From: Minisyncoccota bacterium
GTDB taxonomy: Bacteria; Patescibacteriota; Minisyncoccia; Phycocordibacterales; JABAAK01
Assembly (NCBI GenBank): GCA_965216295.1
Contig: OZ244141.1
Location: forward strand, 161,819-225,818
Direction: 5' to 3'
Length of the DNA stretch: 64,000 nt
Made by a program: the position numbers and the translations under genes. A model generated the notes under the pieces. That model searched no databases. It had not been told where the DNA came from and saw only the letters and a program-made list of their open reading frames with translations. Positions 57,101 to 64,000 of this stretch are shown here, piece after piece. Every line of letters starts with the position of its first letter. The first letter of the stretch is position 1.

Positions 57101-57680
57101 TGGTAATCTTAATAACTTGAATGGAATACTTACCTATCGTGCAACACCGACAGTTTCTTCAAGAACAGTCAAACAAACCGGTAGTGGTACGAACACTAAA
57201 CTCTACGAGTTTAGAGTAGGTAATGATTCAGAAGAGGGAGTATACTTCGGTAAAGCTGTGCTTGATGTAACACTTTCTGGAGCAACAATATCAAACGTTA
57301 CTCTCTATGCTGGTGATTCTAATGACAGTGAAAGTCAATTAGCAAGTGTATCTGGTAGTGTTTCTGGTGGGGAAGTGATTTTAACACTAGATGATGTACA
57401 GCGAATTGATAGTGGTGGTTCAACACTCTTCTCTGTATACGGTACCTTGAATGACGGAAGTGGTGATAGTGATAAGGTAACAGTAGGTTTGAGAAGCGGT
57501 GGTACCCCTGCTGCTGCTGCTGCGCTATCAGGAGTTGTTACGACTAATAACGGTTTCGTTTGGTCACCAAACTCTGCTAATAACTTCGGTGGGCCTGCCG
57601 CGACGGTTGTTGATTGGTTCACGGGTGCAAGTATTATTAGAGGAAGTGGAATCAACAACTGGACTACTGATACTGACTAG
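54111..57680 (+). CDS. Very large secreted surface protein (1189 aa) with an N-terminal peptidoglycan-binding-like domain and long beta-sandwich repeat regions
   Basis: Signal peptide, a coiled segment, a PG_binding_1-like block 'GSSGEDVLRLQRFLNG...YGPATANAVSRFQEKY', then ~1000 aa of Gly/Asp/Val/Thr-rich repeats. A terminator hairpin follows at 57730. Confidence 0.6.
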   Translation: MNIVANKTIAVFVSAAFVFTAYFVYTPLANAQSSQDETIAKLLAQIEALTKQVSALSSNSGGSSITTTTNNACSYAWTKNLAIGSSGEDVLRLQRFLNGDSATTVATSGAGSVGSETRYYGPATANAVSRFQEKYASAILSPLGLTKGTGNFSVSTRGEANRLCGSGGGTNTGGSTIPVVGGDLNVSDARQPANGYAVAGAQRVPFTSFTLTAGSNDVRVSGIEVRQVGLSKRDDFDSVALVDGNGVQLGSSRSLNSDKEATVGGRFTVPRGQSVTLTVVGDIGDEASSGIAQLQVTSVEANGQVSGRFPIKGALHAFSDAVTLSKVDVISGGSGNDNLELNSLEDLAKFELQIGSTGNEDAYLKSITFEQAGSIDADDFDNDLELVVDNRDSYRLRSGNDDRYTVVFSGRGYKIEEGDRVDLTIEGSVVDGTSRTVEFTLDDPSDVYVVGADFGYGLPVRFGGDDDGDSIVSYKWNVTGGNGDINRGTALNSSDFNVTYGDNRLIGAFDVEIEGEAVEFEDPEFSVTISGAAGKISQKILDALDGDGDDELSIDRPYLEIDGRKYADAEDFVFKTSDISGTAATGVVATKTLKFSNNFDLSEKRDEEEYTWIVKGDLDTDWPDGTKVTLKLVRFKSAEGVVSGDSYTADGKAFAQNGDFIIESDDVTIEGNLVKFSLTGRTVDETQYVADVEGVPFATVEIDAGDSSEDVSVSQLEVTLEATGTNLEELRRCDLLNDKDDKRSSVLSRRETPKGDDPGTTKLSFNFDRGYEVRAGDTDQLTLVCDIKRNATNAGRYQFKFLTTNNVRYEIGRDSFNVAVVERDDLGETITISDQATLNVRTIAEQGSEGSRIVVATGNEGQDEILVGEIEFEAEQSDVTLNKIVLTGVLTNTASGTLNSAVIESIQLKHGGVMKEIANEVELDNAGRIEFESLDFDFESGRKERVEVYVSVNGINGDSSSKTGISGAQFDLKVIETSYQAKAGVTTEQTQSYQATDGNLNNLNGILTYRATPTVSSRTVKQTGSGTNTKLYEFRVGNDSEEGVYFGKAVLDVTLSGATISNVTLYAGDSNDSESQLASVSGSVSGGEVILTLDDVQRIDSGGSTLFSVYGTLNDGSGDSDKVTVGLRSGGTPAAAAALSGVVTTNNGFVWSPNSANNFGGPAATVVDWFTGASIIRGSGINNWTTDTD

Positions 57681-57729
57681 GATAAGAAAGATATTTGGTG
57701 GATCTCTTTCATATCTGAAAGGAACCAAG

Positions 57730-57752
57730 AACGCCCTTCGGGGCGTTTTTGG
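57730..57752 (+). terminator. Rho-independent terminator (ACGCCC-TTCG-GGGCGT-TTTT)
   Basis: GC-rich 6-bp stem, tetraloop and U-tract, immediately after the 54111..57680 CDS. Confidence 0.65.
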
Positions 57753-57908
57753 TTTTGTCATGTACTATTAGAAACTTGCAAGACAGTACGGTGTACGGTA
57801 GGATGCAGATAAGGTCCAAAGACAGTAGGTAATCATGGTGAGCCGTGATATAAATCCTACCGAGGTCATATGGAGAAATGGGCCTATACAGGCTCATTGT
57901 TGGTATAT
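57753..57908 (+). promoter_or_regulatory. Putative rplJ (L10) leader region
   Basis: A 155-nt untranslated stretch between the terminator and the rplJ start. By analogy with L10-L12 autoregulatory leaders; structure not verified. Confidence 0.25.
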
Positions 57909-58400
57909 ATGGCGATATCAAGGACAAAAAAAGAGAACATCGTACAAAACCTAGAAGATATACTGAAACAGGCTAAAACAGTCGTTTTTGTCAGTTTTAG
58001 GGGTATCCTAGTAGATGAGATTACAGCTATGCGTCACTCCCTAGCAAATGAAGAGGTTGGCTATTTGGTAACAAAAAAGACACTTCTGAAGCGTGCGTTT
58101 GAAGATATCTACAAAGGAGAGAATCTTCCGGAACTCGATGGTGAGATTGCCATTGCTTACGGAGACGATATCGTTGCACCGGCACGGTTGATACGAGAGG
58201 CGGGAGAGCAGATCGATGGTCAATTACACATTGTTGGAGGTATCTTTGAGGGTCAGATAGTGTCGTCCGAAAAGATGAATGATATCGCTCACGTTCCATC
58301 ACTCCAAACCCTCTACGCACAACTGGTAATGGTACTGCATGCGCCAATACGGAAATGTGTCGTAGCGCTTGGACAAATTGCAAATACAAAAAATAATTAA
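57909..58400 (+). CDS. rplJ: 50S ribosomal protein L10
   Basis: '[42 protein letters not shown]' L10 family. Confidence 0.9.
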   Translation: MAISRTKKENIVQNLEDILKQAKTVVFVSFRGILVDEITAMRHSLANEEVGYLVTKKTLLKRAFEDIYKGENLPELDGEIAIAYGDDIVAPARLIREAGEQIDGQLHIVGGIFEGQIVSSEKMNDIAHVPSLQTLYAQLVMVLHAPIRKCVVALGQIANTKNN

Positions 58401-58408
58401 CTATATAC

Positions 58409-58822
58409 ATGACTGAAGATACAGAAAAAAAAGAAAGCACGACAGAGCAGGTTGCAGTGCCAAAGAAGTTTCAACAAATTGTTGAGAGTATTGAGAAAAT
58501 GAGTGTTTTAGAATTAAACGAACTGGTGAAACTGTTTGAAAAGAAGTTTGATGTTTCCGCTGTAGTGACTGCTGCAGCAACAACTGATACAGCAAAAGAA
58601 GATGCTGGTGGTGGTTTGGTAAGCCTTACGATTGAGGCGGCTGGTACAAGCAAGATTCAGATTATTAAAATTGCAAAAGAAGTGCTTGGGTTAGGATTGA
58701 AAGAGGCAAAAGATTTTGTTGATAGTGCACCGAAAGTATTGAAAGAGGGTATTACCACCGATGAAGCCGAAGCGTTGAAAAAGCAACTTGAAGAAGCTGG
58801 AGCTACAGTGAGTATCAAGTAG
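58409..58822 (+). CDS. rplL: 50S ribosomal protein L7/L12
   Basis: N-terminal dimerisation '[26 protein letters not shown]', an Ala-rich hinge and the CTD '[56 protein letters not shown]'. Confidence 0.95.
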   Translation: MTEDTEKKESTTEQVAVPKKFQQIVESIEKMSVLELNELVKLFEKKFDVSAVVTAAATTDTAKEDAGGGLVSLTIEAAGTSKIQIIKIAKEVLGLGLKEAKDFVDSAPKVLKEGITTDEAEALKKQLEEAGATVSIK

Positions 58823-58894
58823 AGAGGTAGGTAAGAAAAAGCCTCGCCATCCAGATAATCTAGATAACGAGACTTTCACAATTGCTGTCAATGA

Positions 58895-59245
58895 TTAATG
58901 GATTGGATAACACAAAGGTTGTCCATAGGCATTATATTGACCATGATGGGCATAACCAAACGGACAAGACACCCTCACCACCTGTGTTGCCCGAGGGACA
59001 TACACTGGAGGGGGCATATAGTACCGTTGATTACTCGAATAATAAAATCTATTCGGGTAGTAAACCCTACCATGAGATACAGTAGTCACACCTCTCGGCT
59101 GAAATATAGCATCGAGAAGATTAGACCCGAACCACACACCAGCGATAGTTGCAATTGTATCTCCCGTATCACCAGCCACAGCAACAGTACTTGTAGATAC
59201 TGTCATCATGCATGACAATATTGCGGCAATGAAATATCTTTTCAT
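58895..59245 (-). CDS. Small secreted protein (signal peptide; Tyr/Pro-rich; C-terminal Cys pair), paralog A
   Basis: 'MKRYFIAAILSCMMTVSTSTVAVAG...' and C-terminal 'CPFGYAHHGQYNAYGQPLCYPIH'. Start set at the internal ATG. Confidence 0.5.
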   Translation of the reverse strand: MKRYFIAAILSCMMTVSTSTVAVAGDTGDTIATIAGVWFGSNLLDAIFQPRGVTTVSHGRVYYPNRFYYSSNQRYYMPPPVYVPRATQVVRVSCPFGYAHHGQYNAYGQPLCYPIH

Positions 59246-59439
59246 TGAAATACCTCCTTTTGAAAAAAGACAATGCGGTAAGGAGTCTAAAAGACTCCAA
59301 ACCACTCCAGAAACAGTATATATCATATTCAAAAAATATGCTGTAACAAGATCTATATTGCGTATATATATAAAAAAAGAGGGCATGTTACATTAAAGTG
59401 ACATACCCCCTTTTGGTTGTTTTTGCGATAACAATTATC

Positions 59440-59826
59440 TTACAGTCGTTCACACACAGGTTGTCCTTGTGCATTAATCTTTCCGTTGTAGCGGTACCGT
59501 TGAGGGCACTGTACTTGAGATTGACTCTGTTGAGAAAATTGATAATTTTGTTGCTGATAACTACCATGTTGCTGATAACCTTGCGGTTGTTGCGACTGGT
59601 AATTATTGAGAGTGAAAAGACGACCTTTGATAATTATACCAGCTTGTCCGTTTCCCAAATCAACAATTTGTGTTTCCGATCTTTTTGGAAAAAACGAACC
59701 CACGACCTTGTTAAGCACAACGGCACCGAGCACGATTTTAAACGCATCTTTACCAGCCATGGCAGCAGTGCTAGAAAACGCTGTTACCGTGAATGCAAAC
59801 ATCGCAATAATGAAAAATCTTTTCAT
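59440..59826 (-). CDS. Small secreted protein (signal peptide; Gln/Tyr-rich; C-terminal Cys pair), paralog B
   Basis: 'MKRFFIIAMFAFTVTAFSSTAAMAG...' and C-terminal 'CPQRYRYNGKINAQGQPVCERL'. A strong AGGAGG RBS is present. Confidence 0.55.
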   Translation of the reverse strand: MKRFFIIAMFAFTVTAFSSTAAMAGKDAFKIVLGAVVLNKVVGSFFPKRSETQIVDLGNGQAGIIIKGRLFTLNNYQSQQPQGYQQHGSYQQQNYQFSQQSQSQVQCPQRYRYNGKINAQGQPVCERL

Positions 59827-60148
59827 TAGACTTACCTCCTAAGGTTTATTGGGTTGGGACGAATGTCTCAACTACGAAAGTATGATACACTATATATATA
59901 TAAAAGTCAAGTGCCTGAGAAATATGGGTTTTGGCAAAAAAAAAGAACGACCAGGGGACACAATATCTATAAAGATACCATGTCACCCCAGTCATTCAAC
60001 ATAAAGTTCAATGCTATAGAGATTCCAACACAAAAATCCAAACCTTATGCACTTTCTCATGCAATACGATAAATCGGTGTCCATTATAGTCACAATCGTT
60101 CATATCAGAGAAAATGATAACAAAGCATCTTTAAAAGACACTCTCCCA

Positions 60149-61183
60149 TCAATGATATCCGTAAGGATAACTACGGGTAGCATGTTGACGATAGCCACTA
60201 CGAATCACAGCCAAGGGAGCCTGGTGAAAAAGATAGCGTTGTCCAACAACAGGAGAAGCATACAACAAAGGTGTGGCAGATTGGTGATTAACCATTCCCA
60301 CTACAGCCTTTGGTGATTCCACAGGAGGCTGGTACTGGTATACCGTTCCCACTACAGTCTTTGGTGATTTCACAACTCCTGCAACAAAATCGGATTGACC
60401 ACCTGGAGACCTTTTGTTAAACAATGTTTCCATTGTTTCATTGGTGTTAGCTATATTCTCAGCGTTCTTGATGAAACAAAAAAGTCCACCGGGATATGGT
60501 TGAGGTATTCCGAGATCTAAAACCATTTTACAGGCTTGCAGGGCACTCATATTTTTTATATGTCTCAGAAAATCTATGTTTCCCGAATAGATTTCTTTAA
60601 AGATTTCTTGAGTACAATTGAGAAAATCACGATCTTCTGTTTCCAGAAAACAATAACCCAAAATGTCCCCTTGATCTTTGGTGAGTTTAATATGTCCCTG
60701 AAGGTTAATTTCTTCAGTTTCCTCAACGTTGCCTTTGCCAGCACCGTCGCTCTGCTGCTGCTTGGCAATTTCAGCACAACGCTCAACAGTCGAACCCTTA
60801 CACTCTACTACCATACCCTCATTACCATAAAGATTCTTTAAGCTTGTTACAACAATACTATCATTGCCACCTTGTTTGGCAGCAGTTCCAGCGCTGTTAT
60901 CACAATCACCCCTTTCTTCAAAAGAGAGAGTGCCACCTTGATTATACTGATACACCAGACAATTTCTATCTGCATCTACTAGTATTTTGTCGAGCTCTTT
61001 TTTGCCGGGTGATGAATCTATTGTGTCAACGACAGATTCTACAACTGGTGTTTGAGGATTTCCGGAAGAACCCCCTTGAGCTCCAAAAGTAGGGGTAGCC
61101 GCCACAGCGGGTGTTACAGAAAAACTAATGAACAGCGCGGTAACAAGCACTGCACACAATAACTTATTTTCAATCATCAGCAA
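60149..61183 (-). CDS. Secreted Cys-containing protein (344 aa), function unknown
   Basis: Signal peptide 'LLCAVLVTALFISFSVTPAVAA' and about 10 Cys in a mature domain with no recognisable motif. Confidence 0.5.
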   Translation of the reverse strand: MLMIENKLLCAVLVTALFISFSVTPAVAATPTFGAQGGSSGNPQTPVVESVVDTIDSSPGKKELDKILVDADRNCLVYQYNQGGTLSFEERGDCDNSAGTAAKQGGNDSIVVTSLKNLYGNEGMVVECKGSTVERCAEIAKQQQSDGAGKGNVEETEEINLQGHIKLTKDQGDILGYCFLETEDRDFLNCTQEIFKEIYSGNIDFLRHIKNMSALQACKMVLDLGIPQPYPGGLFCFIKNAENIANTNETMETLFNKRSPGGQSDFVAGVVKSPKTVVGTVYQYQPPVESPKAVVGMVNHQSATPLLYASPVVGQRYLFHQAPLAVIRSGYRQHATRSYPYGYH

Positions 61184-61382
61184 AACTCCTTAGATTATGA
61201 AAAATTAAAAAACCCATACCGTATAAGCACAGGGCATACTAGAATTAGTACTAAAGTTAGAAAGTAGAAAACTATAATCTAATCTAATGACATTGTAATA
61301 CATAATAAAATATTTGTCAATAATCACTTATATAAAAAAAATAGAGGGTACGCTTGTATTTAGCGTACCCTCATAAAAAACT

Positions 61383-62450
61383 CTATCGTGTAGTTTGAAC
61401 GGTATCTGATGACACTGGCTTATCCTTCTTTTGGTCGGATTCTTCAGTATCTGTCGTAGTAGGCACATCCTGTTTTGAAGAAGGGTGTGCATCAGATTCA
61501 ATGACGTTCTCAACTACTGCTGACACTGGCTCATCCTTCTTTTGGTCGGATTCTTCAGTATCTGTCGTAGTAGGCACATCCTGTTTTGAAGAAGGGTGTG
61601 CATCAGATTCAATGACGTTCTCAACTACTGCTGACACTGGCTCATCCTTCTTTTGGTCGGATTCTTCAGTATCTGTCGTAGTAGGCACATCCTGTTTTGA
61701 AGAAGGGTGTGCATCAGATTCAATGACGTTCTCAGCTACTGCTGACACTGGCCCATCCTTCTTTTGGTCGGAATCCTGTGCCACTTCAGAAGACGAAACA
61801 TCACTCTGTATGTTCGATTCTTGAGCATCCTTATTGCTGGATGGATCTAGAGAGGGACCTTCTGGAGCGGATGATAATGATTTTCCCAATTGATCATATT
61901 CCAACTCTTTCCGAGATTCCCAGCACCTGCGACAAAACAGAACAATTAGAATAATGGCTACAATACCAATCAACCACAACAGCCAATCAAAAATGCTATC
62001 TGAGGTGGTTTTTTCCTCATTAAGGACACTATTATCGTCGTCTCCTTTTTCCATATTTCCTATTTCAACCACAACACCATCCTGAGAAGTGTTATTGTCA
62101 TTTAAGGCATTTATTATGGAAACAGCAGTTTCATCTGGGACTTCAACATCAGCGATAACACTCCTATCAAGAGTATAATCACCTTTTTCAGATATACCAC
62201 CTTCTTCTGATGGGGGTTGCGAGTCTCCAGCAGGTTTGTCAGTAGAAACATCAACAGCAGATGTATCACCCCCTGATGGGGATGGTACAACCTGAGGTTC
62301 AGTGGGAGCAGCGCCACTGAGCGCACGTATTATTTCAGATAATGTGTCTTCTGCTAGTGCCGTTGTATTGGCACCCACCATACACACAGTCATCACACTT
62401 ATAGTAACGGCGCTGAAAAAATTTACAAGGTTAATATGTTTTTTAAACAT
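61383..62450 (-). CDS. Single-pass membrane protein with an acidic extracytoplasmic domain and a cytoplasmic tail of 3.3 perfect 40-aa tandem repeats
   Basis: Signal peptide, then the TM 'IFDWLLWLIGIVAIILIVLF'. The tail repeats 'ESDQKKDEPVSAVVENVIESDAHPSSKQDVPTTTDTE'. Confidence 0.55.
   Translation of the reverse strand: MFKKHINLVNFFSAVTISVMTVCMVGANTTALAEDTLSEIIRALSGAAPTEPQVVPSPSGGDTSAVDVSTDKPAGDSQPPSEEGGISEKGDYTLDRSVIADVEVPDETAVSIINALNDNNTSQDGVVVEIGNMEKGDDDNSVLNEEKTTSDSIFDWLLWLIGIVAIILIVLFCRRCWESRKELEYDQLGKSLSSAPEGPSLDPSSNKDAQESNIQSDVSSSEVAQDSDQKKDGPVSAVAENVIESDAHPSSKQDVPTTTDTEESDQKKDEPVSAVVENVIESDAHPSSKQDVPTTTDTEESDQKKDEPVSAVVENVIESDAHPSSKQDVPTTTDTEESDQKKDKPVSSDTVQTTR
61405..61795. repeat. 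120-bp near-perfect tandem repeat (~3.3 copies) inside the 61383..62450 CDS
   Basis: 'GACACTGGCTCATCCTTCTTTTGGTCGGATTCTTCAGTATCTGTCGTAGTAGGCACATCC...' recurs at 61522, 61642 and 61762 (partial). Confidence 0.85.
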
Positions 62451-62633
62451 TCAAAAACTCTCCTTATCTGTATCCTTAGGTATACCCAAAGAATACGTAA
62501 AAAATGAAATTACAAAAAGTAATCTCAAACCATATCACTGATAGACATTATAGCGTTAAATATACATGTATGTCAATAAATAGTAACCCCAAGACAATAA
62601 AGTCTTGGGGTACATTTGTTAATTTGTGTATTA

Positions 62634-63128
62634 TCACAAATCTGATTTTAAGTCATTTAAGAGCTTATCATATACAACACTCTCAGTCTTCCGCACCTTA
62701 TCATCATTATTATTATGTGTCACTACAGAAGTGGTGTTGCTGGAACTAGGATAAGAATGGTGAATGTTTTGACACACCATTTCAACATCACCCAATTTCT
62801 TTTCTATCCTTATCTTCTTAAGATTATCACACACAGGCGTGATATGTTTAAATAATGAAAACAGTGATTCTGCGGAACTCGCTGACTTCTTACAAGAAAC
62901 GCTGTCACCACCTCGACACCCCAGTGCTTCAAAAGAAACTCCAGTTCTAGTTACACGGGCAGAAATACTCATCTGAAGATTTTGTTGCGCTTGATATTCA
63001 AGAGCTTTTTCCGTGCATTCTTCCTCATTCAACCCCATAGTTTTGCAATCGATGACACGAACTTGTGCCTTTACAAAACCAGAGAAAATCAACAAAGAGA
63101 GAAACGTAATAATATAACCGTATTTCAT
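62634..63128 (-). CDS. Small secreted Cys-rich protein (8 Cys), function unknown
   Basis: Signal peptide 'MKYGYIITFLSLLIFSGFVKAQ' and a GGAGG RBS. Start set at the internal ATG. Confidence 0.5.
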   Translation of the reverse strand: MKYGYIITFLSLLIFSGFVKAQVRVIDCKTMGLNEEECTEKALEYQAQQNLQMSISARVTRTGVSFEALGCRGGDSVSCKKSASSAESLFSLFKHITPVCDNLKKIRIEKKLGDVEMVCQNIHHSYPSSSNTTSVVTHNNNDDKVRKTESVVYDKLLNDLKSDL

Positions 63129-63392
63129 GTTTTTACCTCCATATATAGCAAAAATGAAACAACACATTTCAAACAAAACATGTCGTGGGTCTGGGTTCTT
63201 GTTATAATAAAGCAAAAATCCAATATGTAGTATAGTGTAATTATTCTAATTTGTCAAACAATCTATAATCATTCAGGAAAGATAAAAATCCCCCGCTTCC
63301 ATCTAAATGAAAGCGGGAAAACATTGCTTCTTAAAACAATCTGTCAAAATCATTCAACAAAATCTCAAAATTACCCCGTGTTCTTGTTTTAG

Positions 63393-63848
63393 TTATTTTT
63401 TAAGTTTGCGAATAATTTCTGGGTTTTTGTTTGTCGATGAAGACGATTGGGGTGGTAGTTTTTTCATACATTTTATGATTTTTTTTGTGCCAGCGACATT
63501 ATAATTTTTGCCATGTTCACAAGACCCATAATTAATGCCAATACGATCGTTGGGATTCATAAGAGATTTCACTACGTCAGTGCAATTGTTTTGACTTCCG
63601 CCTTCACAAAACTCCAATTCAATTTCAGAATTAAGAACACCGCGATTATTCTTGAAATTTTTCAAGCTACCCGCTGCTTGAGGGGGTGCCGGATTTGAAA
63701 CTTTTTGTTCTAAAATTGGTTTCGGATCTTCAGAATCAATAAAAAGAAAGTAGTAAAAACTACCACATCCCATCAACCCAAAAGAAAACAATATAAGAAG
63801 AAAATACAGTACAATACTGTTGTTTTCTCCACGAATTAAGTTGTTCAT
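63393..63848 (-). CDS. Small membrane-anchored, lipoprotein-like protein, function unknown
   Basis: N-terminal hydrophobic segment ending 'FGLMGCGS' (lipobox-like) and a Cys-containing mature part. Confidence 0.4.
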   Translation of the reverse strand: MNNLIRGENNSIVLYFLLILFSFGLMGCGSFYYFLFIDSEDPKPILEQKVSNPAPPQAAGSLKNFKNNRGVLNSEIELEFCEGGSQNNCTDVVKSLMNPNDRIGINYGSCEHGKNYNVAGTKKIIKCMKKLPPQSSSSTNKNPEIIRKLKK

Positions 63849-64000
63849 ATGAACTCCTCCTTAAAAAGTAAATCACAAATTAAAATTTATGACACACAAC
63901 AAATGAATGGACACTAAAAGACATCTCATTTAATAAAAAGAAAGTAGTAAAAACTACCACAAAATCTTTTCAAAAAAAATGTACCTCAAACTCTCCAAAG

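Noticed and set aside
63741-63962. 30-bp direct repeat 'AAAAAGAAAGTAGTAAAAACTACCACA' (63741 and 63934) flanking the start of the last gene
   Set aside because: There are only two copies, one inside the CDS N-terminus and one upstream. It is most simply a small local duplication, with no features of an insertion-sequence terminus or att site.
1-64000. CRISPR arrays, tRNA/rRNA genes, transposases or integrases
   Set aside because: There are no short regularly spaced repeats. No tRNA T-loop/acceptor signatures were seen in the intergenic regions large enough to hold one. No rRNA-like sequence is present. No ORF carries DDE, serine or tyrosine recombinase motifs. The accessory regions appear to be surface-protein islands rather than mobile elements.

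Overview
This window is a 64-kb slice of a compact, gene-dense bacterial chromosome. It looks Candidate-Phyla-Radiation (Patescibacteria/Parcubacteria)-like, which is an inference from gene content. The backbone is the conserved translation locus. The str cluster carries rpsL-rpsG, an inverted fusA, and tuf. A full S10-spc cluster runs rpsJ through rplO-secY-adk-map. Also present are rplT-rpmI-infC, secE-nusG-rplK, rplJ-rplL and rpsF-ssb-rpsR. Aminoacyl-tRNA synthetases (argS, ileS, metG), recombination and division genes (recJ, comEC, recO, recA, ftsK), efp, ndk, sodA and a DsbA-DsbA-CcdA disulfide module are also encoded. rplA, rpmD (L30), rplI and the infA-rpmJ-rpsM-rpsK-rpoA tail are absent from this window. 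Three accessory islands of secreted, often Cys-rich or Thr-rich surface proteins interrupt the backbone (4.4-12 kb, 54-57.7 kb, 58.9-63.9 kb). The most unusual feature is a 2.7-kb non-coding tract (41.05-43.75 kb) between recO and a membrane-protein gene. It holds six promoter-to-terminator cassettes, and five of them form a tandem paralogous array sharing a near-consensus sigma70 promoter, a palindromic upstream box, a conserved 5' segment and a conserved terminator hairpin with a compensatory substitution. I read these as a family of structured small RNAs. Other points worth a second look: a histidine-phosphatase (PGAM-like) domain inserted into IleRS; fusA inverted inside the str operon; rplD interrupted by two compensating frameshifts; comEC split with an antisense sodA between its halves; and a tandem duplication of a secreted protease-like gene in which one copy carries an internal deletion. 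No rRNA, tRNA, CRISPR array, transposase or integrase was recognised.
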